From NCBI GenBank assembly GCA_041492755.1, contig JBGPXN010000003.1, positions 3,800 to 67,799 on the forward strand: a DNA stretch of 64,000 nt, read 5' to 3'. Both the position numbers and the translations under genes were made by a program. The notes beneath the pieces are model-generated. The model was not told the origin of the DNA. It searched no databases and saw nothing but the letters and a program-made list of their open reading frames with translations. Positions 10,676 through 21,504 of the stretch are shown here, in pieces. The stretch's first letter is position 1. Each line of letters opens with the position of its first letter. The DNA is from Candidatus Methylomirabilia bacterium (GTDB lineage: Bacteria > Methylomirabilota > Methylomirabilia > Rokubacteriales > CSP1-6).

Positions 10676-11787
10676 CGTCCGCCCCCGACCACGAATCCTG
10701 GATGCGGCGCGCCCTCGCGCTCGCCGAGCGCGGGCGAGGGCTGACGTCGCCGAATCCGATGGTCGGTGCCGTGGTCGTGCGCGACGGGACCGTGGTCGGT
10801 GAAGGATTCCACGAACGGGCGGGTGGCCCGCACGCCGAGGTCACCGCGCTGGCCGCGGCCGCCGAGCGCGCCCGCGGCGCGACGCTGTACGTCACGCTCG
10901 AGCCGTGCATGCATCAGGGCCAAACCCCCCCCTGCGCCCCGGCCGTCGTGGCGGCCGGCATCCGGACCGTCGTGGCGGCCGTCTCCGATCCCAACCCGTT
11001 CGTGGCCGGGGGAGGGGCGGACGCGCTCCGCGCCGCCGGGGTCGACGTTCGGCTCGGCGTGCTGGCCGATCGGGCGCGAACCCAGAACCGCGTTTTCTTC
11101 ACGGCAATGCGGGAACGGCGGCCGCACGTGACTCTCAAGGCGGCCATGACGCTCGACGGCAAGATTGCCGACGCCCATGGCGTCTCCCGCTGGATCACGG
11201 GAGAGGCCGCCCGCGCCGAAGCCCACCAGCTACGCAGCGAAGTCGACGCCATCGTGGTCGGTCACGCCACCGTGGAGCACGACGATCCCGCGCTCACGGT
11301 GCGGCGCGAGGCGCCATGGCCGCGCGAGCCGCTGCGCATCGTGCTGGATACGCAGGCCCGGACACCGACGACGGCGCGAGTGATCACGGCGGCCACCGCC
11401 GCCCGTGCGGTGATCGCGGTCGGGTCGGCGGCCCCGGCGGGACGCGTGGCCGCGTTGGAGCGCGCGGGCGCGACCGTGCTGCGTTGTGGCGGGAGCGAGG
11501 GCAACGTCGACGTGCGCGAGCTGCTGGTCGCGCTGTTCGAGCGCGAGGTGCGCGGCGTGCTCGTCGAGGGCGGCGGCGAGGTCGCCGCGTCGTTTCTCGA
11601 CGCCGGTCTCGTCGATCGGGTTGTGCTCTTCGTGGCGCCACTGCTGCTCGGCGGGCGAACGGCGGCCTCGGTGGTGGGTGGCGGTGGACGCGATCTGAAG
11701 GAGGCGGTGCGGCTCGAGGCGCTGGCCGTCCGCCGGGTCGGGGACGATCTGCTCATCGAAGCGGACGTCGCGCGCGGCGGGGCCTGA
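10672..11787 (+). CDS. ribD: Riboflavin biosynthesis protein RibD (pyrimidine deaminase / uracil reductase)
   Basis: The ATG at 10672 overlaps the ftsY stop (ATGA). Deaminase zinc motifs are HAEVTAL and LEPCMHQGQTPPC, followed by the reductase domain. The track start at 10096 is an artefactual extension. Confidence 0.93.
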   Translation: MTSAPDHESWMRRALALAERGRGLTSPNPMVGAVVVRDGTVVGEGFHERAGGPHAEVTALAAAAERARGATLYVTLEPCMHQGQTPPCAPAVVAAGIRTVVAAVSDPNPFVAGGGADALRAAGVDVRLGVLADRARTQNRVFFTAMRERRPHVTLKAAMTLDGKIADAHGVSRWITGEAARAEAHQLRSEVDAIVVGHATVEHDDPALTVRREAPWPREPLRIVLDTQARTPTTARVITAATAARAVIAVGSAAPAGRVAALERAGATVLRCGGSEGNVDVRELLVALFEREVRGVLVEGGGEVAASFLDAGLVDRVVLFVAPLLLGGRTAASVVGGGGRDLKEAVRLEALAVRRVGDDLLIEADVARGGA

Positions 11788-11801
11788 GACCGGCGCGCCT
11801 G

Positions 11802-12404
11802 ATGTTCACCGGTATCGTGGAAGAGATCGGCGTGGTTCGGGCGGTTTCTCGCGCCGGCGACGTGGCGCGGCTGGACGTCGGCGCCACCCTTACCCTGGAC
11901 GGCTCCGATCTCGGCGCGAGCGTCGCCGTGAACGGTGTATGCCTGACGGTCGTGGAGCGCAAGCGTGACGGCTTCGCCTTCGACGTCGGGCCGGAGACGC
12001 TCGCGGCCACCGCGCTCGGCCGGCTGGCGCCCGGCGCGCGCGTGAACCTCGAGCGCCCGTTGCGGCTCGGCGCCGCGCTCGGTGGGCATCTCGTCCTCGG
12101 GCACGTGGATGGCGTGGGCACCGTCGAGGCGGTAAGGCGTGTAGAATCGACGGCACGGGTGCGGATTGCCGTGCCCGACCGGGCGTTCGAATCGCTGCTG
12201 GTGCCCAAGGGCTCGGTGGCGGTGGACGGCGTGAGCCTGACGGTGGCGGCACTGGCTCCGGGCGCCTTCGAGGTGATGCTGATCCCGCACACGCTCGAGG
12301 TCACCACGCTGGGGACGCTCGTCGCGGGACACGCGGTGAACATCGAGGCCGACGTGATCGGCAAGTACGTGGTGCGGGCGCTGGCGCTCCGGGAGACGAC
12401 ATGA
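11802..12404 (+). CDS. ribE: Riboflavin synthase (alpha chain)
   Basis: [11 protein letters not shown]-terminus and two lumazine-binding repeats ([24 protein letters not shown]). Confidence 0.9.
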   Translation: MFTGIVEEIGVVRAVSRAGDVARLDVGATLTLDGSDLGASVAVNGVCLTVVERKRDGFAFDVGPETLAATALGRLAPGARVNLERPLRLGAALGGHLVLGHVDGVGTVEAVRRVESTARVRIAVPDRAFESLLVPKGSVAVDGVSLTVAALAPGAFEVMLIPHTLEVTTLGTLVAGHAVNIEADVIGKYVVRALALRETT

Positions 12405-13612
12405 CCGGGTTCGGGACGATCGAAGACGCCATCGAGGACATCCGGAACGGCCGGATGATCCTCGTCGTCGACGACGAGGATCGCGAGAACGAGGGCGACC
12501 TCGTCATGGCCGCCGAAAAGGCCACGCCGGAGGCGGTCAACTTCATGCTCAAGTACGGCCGCGGGCTCCTGTGCGTGCCCATGACCGGCGAGCGCCTGGA
12601 CGAGCTCGACATTCCGATGATGGTGCGGGAGAACACGGCGCCGCTGGGGACGGCCTTCACGCAGACGGTGGACGCCCGCCGCGGCGTGACGACCGGAACG
12701 TCGGCCTACGATCGCGCCGTCACCATCCGGACCCTCGTCGATCCCCTGACTCGCCCCGCGGATCTCACGCGTCCCGGACACGTCAATCCGCTCCGCGCCA
12801 TGGACGGCGGGGTGCTGCGCCGTGCCGGCCACACCGAGGCCGCCGTCGATCTCGCCCGGCTTGCCGGCTGCCTGCCCGCAGGGGTCATCTGCGAGGTGCT
12901 CGACGACGAAGGCGGCATGGCGCGGGTGCCCGAGCTCGCCCAGCTCGCCCGTGATTACAAGCTGGCCATGATCACGATCAAGGAGCTCATCCGCTACCGG
13001 ACCCAGCACGAGAAGCTCGTGCGGCGGGTCGCGACCACGCGGCTGCCGACCGAGTTCGGCGAGTTCACGGCCATCGCCTACGAGGCGACGGTGTACAGCC
13101 GCGTTCACTTCGCCCTCGTCATGGGCGATATCGGTGGTGATTCGCCGGTGCTCGTACGAATGCACTCGGAGTGCCTCACCGGTGACGTGTTCGGGTCCCG
13201 GCGGTGCGACTGCGGACCACAGCTCTCGCGGGCCCTCCAGATGATCCAGCAGGAAGGCCGGGGCGTCGTGGTGTACTTGCGCCAGGAGGGCCGGGGCATC
13301 GGCCTGCACAACAAGATTCGCGCCTACGAGCTGCAGGACCAGGGCAAGGACACCGTGGAGGCGAACGAGGCCCTCGGCTTCAAAGGGGACATGCGCGATT
13401 ACGGCATCGGCGCCCAGATCCTCGTCGACCTCGGACTCAGGAATCTGAAACTGCTCACCAACAATCCCGCCAAGCGCGTCGGCCTCGAGGGGTACGGGCT
13501 CAACTACGTGGAGCGGGTGGCCATCGAGATCGCGCCCAACGAAGAGAATCGCCGGTACCTGAGCACCAAGCGCGACAAGCTCGGGCACCTGCTCACGTCT
13601 CTTCCGGACTGA
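12401..13612 (+). CDS. ribBA: Bifunctional 3,4-dihydroxy-2-butanone-4-phosphate synthase / GTP cyclohydrolase II
   Basis: The DHBP synthase half ([14 protein letters not shown]) is fused to the GCH-II half (CDCG, EGRGIGL). ATGA overlap with ribE. Confidence 0.95.
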   Translation: MTGFGTIEDAIEDIRNGRMILVVDDEDRENEGDLVMAAEKATPEAVNFMLKYGRGLLCVPMTGERLDELDIPMMVRENTAPLGTAFTQTVDARRGVTTGTSAYDRAVTIRTLVDPLTRPADLTRPGHVNPLRAMDGGVLRRAGHTEAAVDLARLAGCLPAGVICEVLDDEGGMARVPELAQLARDYKLAMITIKELIRYRTQHEKLVRRVATTRLPTEFGEFTAIAYEATVYSRVHFALVMGDIGGDSPVLVRMHSECLTGDVFGSRRCDCGPQLSRALQMIQQEGRGVVVYLRQEGRGIGLHNKIRAYELQDQGKDTVEANEALGFKGDMRDYGIGAQILVDLGLRNLKLLTNNPAKRVGLEGYGLNYVERVAIEIAPNEENRRYLSTKRDKLGHLLTSLPD

Positions 13613-13616
13613 GCGC

Positions 13617-14117
13617 GTGGCCGGGCGGGCTCCACGATCCGCGAGGACGACGCTGGTCGGTGCCGGACGTTTCGCCGTGGTGGCGGCGCGGTTCAACGAG
13701 CCGATCACCAAACGCCTCGTCGATGGCGCCGTCCACGCGCTGGGCGTCGCCGGGGTGGCGGCGGGCGCGGTGGACGTCTTCTGGATCCCCGGCTCGTTCG
13801 AGCTGCCGCAGGCCGCGTCCCATCTCGCCGGCACGCGTGGCTACGCCGGCATCATCTGTCTCGGCGTCGTCATCCGCGGCCAGACGCCGCACTTCGAGCA
13901 CGTCGCGCGCGAAGCGGCGACCGGCATCCGTGAGGTCGCGCTGCGCACCGGCGTGCCGGTGACGTTCGGCGTCATCACCGCGCTGAGCGAGGCGCAGGCG
14001 TGGGATCGGGCCGGTGGCGAGGTCGGCAACCGTGGCGAGGAGGCCGCGGAGGCCGCCCTCGAGATGGCCGGCTTCATCCGCTCGCTCCGCTCGAAACCCC
14101 GTCGTCGAGGTCGTTGA
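13617..14117 (+). CDS. ribH: 6,7-dimethyl-8-ribityllumazine synthase
   Basis: RFAVVAARFNEPIT, WIPGSFELP and GVVIRGQTPHFEHV motifs. 166 aa. Confidence 0.92.
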   Translation: MAGRAPRSARTTLVGAGRFAVVAARFNEPITKRLVDGAVHALGVAGVAAGAVDVFWIPGSFELPQAASHLAGTRGYAGIICLGVVIRGQTPHFEHVAREAATGIREVALRTGVPVTFGVITALSEAQAWDRAGGEVGNRGEEAAEAALEMAGFIRSLRSKPRRRGR

Positions 14118-14118
14118 A

Positions 14119-14535
14119 GTGGGTCGGCGGCGGAAGGCCCGGGAAGTCGCGTTGCAGCTCCTCTACCAGCTCGACCTCCGGGACGAGCGGCAACCCGCGG
14201 CGTACGAGGCCGAATTCTGGACGGACCATCCGGCCGATAGCGACACGCAGCGCTTCGCGAGCCGGCTCGTGCGCGGCGCCAAGCACCATCAAGAAGAAGT
14301 CGACGGGCTCATCACTCAGTACACGGAGCACTGGGACCTCGATCGTATGGCGGTGGTGGACCGGAATCTCTTGAGGCTCGCGGTGTACGAGCTCCTCTGG
14401 CATCCGGAGGTACCGGCCAAGGTGGCCATAAACGAGGCGATCGAGATCGCCAAGAAGTTCGGGACGCAGGAGTCGGGGCGGTTCATCAACGGGATCCTGG
14501 ATCGCATCCACAAAGAGCTGCGGCCGGCTTCCTGA
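14119..14535 (+). CDS. nusB: Transcription antitermination factor NusB
   Basis: The in-frame GTG at 14119 lies 1 nt after the ribH stop. Motifs are RRKAREVALQLLYQLD, DRNLLRLAVYELL and SGRFINGILD. The exact start is uncertain. Confidence 0.88.
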   Translation: MGRRRKAREVALQLLYQLDLRDERQPAAYEAEFWTDHPADSDTQRFASRLVRGAKHHQEEVDGLITQYTEHWDLDRMAVVDRNLLRLAVYELLWHPEVPAKVAINEAIEIAKKFGTQESGRFINGILDRIHKELRPAS

Positions 14536-14548
14536 TCCGGCGCCCACC

Positions 14549-15274
14549 GTGCGGTACGCCATCCTGTCCGACATCCACGCCAACCTCGAAGCGCTGACGG
14601 CCGTGCTCGCCGACGCCGCCGATGCCGCCGACGCCGTCCTCTGTCTCGGCGACATCGTGGGGTACGGCGCCGATCCCGAAGCCTGCGTCGACCTCGTTGG
14701 GGAGCGCGCGCAGGCCGTCGTGGCCGGCAACCACGAGTACGGTGTCGGCGGCCGGATGGACCTCGACTGGTTCAATCCGTATGCACGCGCCGCCGCGGAG
14801 TGGACGGCGACGCGGCTCGACCGCGAGCACCACGCGTGGCTGACGTCGCTGCCGCTCACCGCTGAGGTCGAAGACGCCACGCTCGTGCACGCGTCACCCG
14901 ATCACCCCGAGGAGTGGGACTACCTCGTGGATCCCGAAGACGGCTTCGAGGCCTTCGAGGCGTTCGGCACGCGGCTCTGCTTCGTCGGGCATTCGCACCG
15001 GCCGGCGCAGTGGTCGCTCGGCTCGTCGGGGCCCGACCACGAACCGGGCGCGACCGACGTGTCGTTGGTGGCCGGCCGCCGATACATCGTCAACGTGGGG
15101 AGCGTGGGGCAGCCGCGCGACCGCGATCCGCGGGCGGCGTACGCCGTGTGGGACGTGCCGGCGCGGCGGGTCGTCCTGCGCCGGGTGCCGTACGACATCA
15201 CTACGGCCCGCCGCAAGATCGTCGCCGCCGGACTGCCGCGCATGCTCGGTGATCGCCTCCGCATCGGAGCCTGA
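14549..15274 (+). CDS. Metallophosphoesterase family protein
   Basis: Calcineurin-like motifs DIHAN, GDIVGYG, GNHE and GHSH. 241 aa. Confidence 0.8.
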   Translation: MRYAILSDIHANLEALTAVLADAADAADAVLCLGDIVGYGADPEACVDLVGERAQAVVAGNHEYGVGGRMDLDWFNPYARAAAEWTATRLDREHHAWLTSLPLTAEVEDATLVHASPDHPEEWDYLVDPEDGFEAFEAFGTRLCFVGHSHRPAQWSLGSSGPDHEPGATDVSLVAGRRYIVNVGSVGQPRDRDPRAAYAVWDVPARRVVLRRVPYDITTARRKIVAAGLPRMLGDRLRIGA

Positions 15275-16784
15275 GTTCTCGCGCGCGGCCTGGCTGCGGC
15301 ACGGCGTCCCCGCCCTCGTCGCCGGGATCGCGCTGGCCGCGGCGTTTCCGCGCTACGAGTGGGAAGGTGTCGCGTGGGTGGCCCTGGCGCCCGTGCTGCT
15401 CACGGCGCTCTCCACCACGCCGCGGGCCGCGCTCGGCTGGGGCTGGCTCGCCGGGTTCGTGTTCTTCTCGGCGCTGCTCAAGTGGCTCAACACCACCTTT
15501 CAGGTCTACAGCGCGATCCCGTGGCCCATCGTCTACGGCCCGATCGCGCTGCTCGCGGCGTACTGCGGCCTGTACGTCGGCCTCGTGGCCGCCGCGGTGG
15601 CATGGATCCGGGTGCGGCGCTCGCCGGCGGAGGGGCTACTGGCGGCGCCGTTCCTGTGGGTGGCGGGAGAGTGGCTTCGTGGCCATCTGATGTACGGCTT
15701 TCCGTGGGGCAACCTGGGCTACTCGCAGTACCGGCAGCTGGCGATCATCCAGATCGCCGAGCTGGGCGGCGTCGACGCGGTGTCGTTTCTGCTCGTCGCC
15801 GTGAACGCGGCCCTGGCGGGGTGTTTCGTCCTGCCGCGGCGCAAAAAGGTGATAGGCGTGCTGCTCGCAGCGATCCTCTTCGGCGGCTCGCTCGGCTTCG
15901 GTGTCCGCCGGCTGGCGGTGCCGCCGCCGCCGCCCACGGCGACGGTGGCCATCGTCCAGCCTTCGATCACCCAGGTCCGCAAGTGGGACGAGTCATACGC
16001 CGCGGAGGTCCTCGGAACGTTCTTTGCCTTGACGCGGCAGGCGGGCGCGCAGCGTCCGGCGCTCATCGTCTGGCCCGAGACGGCGACGCCGACCATGGTA
16101 CGGCGCGATCGGGCGCTCCTGGCCGCGCTCACCCGGCTGTCGGGGGAGCTCGAGGCGGGCCTGCTCGTGGGTTCCATCGACGCCGGCGACGGCCCGGTGC
16201 CGGCCTTCCGCAACACGGCCTTCCTCGTCACTGGGCGGGGCATCCAGCAGCGCTATGATAAAATTCAACTCGTTCCGTTCGGAGAGTTCATCCCGCTGTC
16301 AGGAGTGCTCGGTTTCGTGAGGGGCTGGGCCGATTTCATCGCCGATCTGGAGCCCGGCGCCCGCGCCGAAGTGTTTACGGGCCCGCCAGCCCCGTTCGGT
16401 GTCATGATCTGTTACGAGGGTGTTTTTCCCGATCTCGTGCGCCGCTTCGTGCAGAACGGTGCGCGGTTCATGGTGAACATGACGAACGACGGCTGGTTCG
16501 GCAGGACGAGTGGCCCACTCCAGCATCTCTCGATGTATCCGTTCCGCGCGGTGGAGCATCGCACGGCGATCGTGCGGGCGGCGAACACCGGCATCTCCGC
16601 CTTCATCAGCCCCACCGGCGACATCGTGAGTCGGCTCGGTCTTTACGAGCGCGGCGTCCTCACGGGCCGCGTGCCGCTCCGCGAGGGACAGACGCTCTAT
16701 ACGCGCCTGGGCGCGTGGCTCGCCTACCTGAGTCTGGCCGTGGCGGGGCTGATGCTGGCCCACGCGGCCGCGCGAGGTCGCTGA
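15249..16784 (+). CDS. lnt: Apolipoprotein N-acyltransferase
   Basis: A multi-TM N-terminus is followed by a CN-hydrolase domain (WPE, YDKIQLVPFGEFIP, ICYE). The start is uncertain (26-nt overlap with the upstream gene). Confidence 0.9.
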   Translation: MIASASEPEFSRAAWLRHGVPALVAGIALAAAFPRYEWEGVAWVALAPVLLTALSTTPRAALGWGWLAGFVFFSALLKWLNTTFQVYSAIPWPIVYGPIALLAAYCGLYVGLVAAAVAWIRVRRSPAEGLLAAPFLWVAGEWLRGHLMYGFPWGNLGYSQYRQLAIIQIAELGGVDAVSFLLVAVNAALAGCFVLPRRKKVIGVLLAAILFGGSLGFGVRRLAVPPPPPTATVAIVQPSITQVRKWDESYAAEVLGTFFALTRQAGAQRPALIVWPETATPTMVRRDRALLAALTRLSGELEAGLLVGSIDAGDGPVPAFRNTAFLVTGRGIQQRYDKIQLVPFGEFIPLSGVLGFVRGWADFIADLEPGARAEVFTGPPAPFGVMICYEGVFPDLVRRFVQNGARFMVNMTNDGWFGRTSGPLQHLSMYPFRAVEHRTAIVRAANTGISAFISPTGDIVSRLGLYERGVLTGRVPLREGQTLYTRLGAWLAYLSLAVAGLMLAHAAARGR

Positions 16785-17884
16785 TGCTGAGCGACCTCAA
16801 GCGCGACGCGGCTGAATGCGCGCGGCGGGTGGACGAGCTCCGGAGGCATCTTTGACATCCCCACCAAAGAGCAGCGACTCGCCGCCATCGACGCCGAGAT
16901 GGCGGTTCCGAACTTCTGGGACGACACGCGCCGCGCCCAGGAGTTGACCCGCGAACGCACCGAGCTGAGCCGCACCATCGCTCGCGTGCAGGAGCTCGCC
17001 AGTCGCTCCGAGGACATCGGGGTCCTGCTCGAGCTGGCCGCCGAGGAAGACGACGGAAGTCTCGACGCCGAGATCAGCGACAACATCGCCAACCTCCGGA
17101 AGGAGCTCGAAGAGTTCGAGCTCAAGGTCATGCTGTCCGGGCCGCACGACGCCAAGCCGTGCGTCGTCTCGATCCATCCCGGCGCTGGCGGCACCGAGTC
17201 GCAGGACTGGGCGCAGATGCTGATGCGCATGTACCTTCGCTGGTGTGAACGCCGGGGCTTCCACGCTGAAGTCGTCGACCTGCTGCCGGGCGAAGAGGCG
17301 GGGATCAAGTCCGCGACGGTCGAGGTCTCGGGTGAGTACGCGTACGGCTTCCTGCGCGGTGAGACCGGCGTGCACCGGCTCGTCCGGATCTCGCCGTTCG
17401 ACGCGTCCCGCCGCCGGCAGACGAGCTTCGCGTCGGTGGCGGTGGTGCCGGAGGTGGACGACGTCGAAGTGGTCGTCAAGGACGACGACCTTCGCGTCGA
17501 CGTGTTCCGCTCCTCCGGGCCCGGCGGGCAGGGCGTCAACACCGCGGACTCCGCGGTACGGATCACGCACCTGCCCACCAACATCGTCGTGCAGTGTCAG
17601 AACGAGCGCTCGCAGCTCCGCAACCGCGACACCGCGATGCGCATCCTCAAGGCGCGGCTCTACGAGATCGCCCAGAGGAAGCAGCGCGAGGAGCTGGCCG
17701 AGCTGACCGGACACAAGAAGGAGATCGCGTTCGGCAGCCAGATCCGCTCCTACACGTTCCATCCGTATCAGCTCGTGAAGGACCACCGGACGAGCACCGA
17801 AGTCGGCAACGTCGAGGGCGTGATGGAGGGTGATCTCGACGGGCTCATCAAAGCCTACCTTCTCTGGGCGCAGGGTAAGGAGCA

Positions 17885-17888
<4 letters not shown>
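16784..17888 (+). CDS. prfB: Peptide chain release factor 2, expressed by programmed +1 frameshift
   Basis: Frame 0 runs ATG 16784 ([23 protein letters not shown]) to the in-frame TGA at 16853-16855. The +1 frame from GAC 16854 continues [24 protein letters not shown] into the 329-aa track ORF. That ORF carries the SPF tripeptide and GGQ (GPGGQGVN). Confidence 0.9.
16842..16856 (+). promoter_or_regulatory. prfB programmed +1 frameshift site (GGAGG CAT CTT TGA C)
   Basis: An internal SD-like GGAGG at 16842-16846 lies 3 nt before the slippery CTT (16850-16852). TGA follows at 16853-16855, then C. This is the same layout as the classical E. coli site AGGGGG UAU CUU UGA C. Confidence 0.88.
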
Positions 17889-19422
<1,534 letters not shown>

Positions 19423-19426
<4 letters not shown>

Positions 19427-20647
19427 GCCGCGGCCTGCCGTTCGAGCTGTTCCTCGGCTTGCGCTACCTGCGCTCGCGTGGGCAGGGCACCAACCTCTCG
19501 CTCTTCGTGTGGATTGGCGTCGGTGGAGTCTTCCTGGGCGTGGCCGCGCTGATCGTGGTGCTGGCGGTGATGACGGGCTTTCAAGACGGCATCCGCGACA
19601 GGATCATCTCCGCCAACCCGCACCTGTTGGTGTTCCAGGCGGGCGGGGGCTTGGTCGATCCGAACGCGGTGGCCGAACAGGTCCGCGCGGTCCCCGGCGT
19701 GCGCGCGGCGACCCCGTTCGTGCTCCAGCAGGCGCTCTTCACCAGCGAAGTCGGCGGCGCCCACGGCGGACTCGTGCGGGGCGTGGCGCTCGACAACCCG
19801 GCGGTGGTGGAGGATTTGCGACGCCAGATCCGCACGGGAAGCCTCGAAGCGCTGGCCAGTGGCGAGCCCACCGTGCTCCTCGGGTGGGAGCTGGCGCGAA
19901 CACTCGGCGTGCTGCCCGGCGACTTCGTCACGCTCGTCTCGCCGCGGGGCGCGCTCACCGCGGTGGGCATGGTCCCCAAGATGCGCCGCTACATGGTGGC
20001 GGGCACGGTCGAGGTCGGCATGCACGAGTACGATTCGTCCATCGCTTACCTCAACCTGCCCGCCGCCAGCGAGTTCGCCGACATCCCGGCCGGGGTCACC
20101 GGCCTGGAGGTGAAGCTCGCCGATCCGTTCGACGCCAAGCGCATCGGCGGCACCATCGCCCGCCGTCTCGGCCCCCCGTACTGGGTCCGCGACTGGATGG
20201 ACATGAACCGGAATCTCTTCGCCGCGCTCCAGCTCGAGAAGCTGGCGCTGTTCGTGATCGTGACCATCATCGTGCTGGTCGCGGCCTTCGCCATCATCGG
20301 CCACCTCGTGCTGCTCGTGGCCGAGAAGCGGAAGGAGATCGGGATTCTGAAGGCGATCGGCGCCTCCGGGGCCAGCATCACCACCGTGTTCTTCTGCGTC
20401 GGGATGATCATCGGCGGCGTCGGGACGATCGCCGGGTCCGTGGTCGGCCTCTCGCTGATCTGGGTGCAGAACACGTACCGGATCATTCGTCTCGCCGGCG
20501 ACGTGTACCAGATCGACTACCTGCCGATGAAGCTGGCGCCGACCGACTTCCTGCTCGTCATCGGGTCCACCCTGCTCCTCTCGTTCCTCGCCACGATCTT
20601 CCCGGCGCGCCGGGCGGGCTCGCTGGTGCCGGTCGACGTGCTCCGCT

Positions 20648-20655
<8 letters not shown>
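19423..20655 (+). CDS. Lipoprotein-releasing ABC transporter permease (LolC/LolE/LolF family)
   Basis: [19 protein letters not shown]-terminus, a large periplasmic loop and a C-terminal FtsX-type TM bundle. It is the only permease gene next to lolD. Confidence 0.88.
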
Positions 20656-21346
<691 letters not shown>

Positions 21347-21383
21347 GTGACCGGACGGCAGCTTGGTGTTTGGACTGTAATAT

Positions 21384-21470
21384 CCGTCGGTTAGGAAAAA
21401 GGCTAGGCGCGGTAGGACCGCTGGTCTATACTCAACTCGACTAACTAGCCGTCGGCGAAGGAAAAACGGC
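21384..21470 (+). promoter_or_regulatory. clpC upstream region: imperfect direct repeat pair flanking a TATACT -10-like box
   Basis: R1 is CCGTCGGTTAGGAAAAAGGC (21384-21403). R2 is CCGTCGGCGAAGGAAAAACGGC (21449-21470). TATACT at 21427-21432 is followed by ACTCA-ACTCG-ACTA-ACTAG (21430-21448). Confidence 0.3.
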
Positions 21471-21504
21471 AGCCTGAAGCACAGGAAAGGGGTGGGGGAG
21501 ACTC

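Noticed and set aside
10600-10680. FMN riboswitch upstream of ribD.
   Set aside because: There is no non-coding space because the ribD start overlaps the ftsY stop. No RFN-like conserved core was noticed in the ftsY 3' end.
16852-16857. Perfect TTGACA hexamer inside prfB.
   Set aside because: It is part of the CTT TGA C frameshift site (cTTTGACAt), and no suitably spaced -10 element follows. Coincidental.
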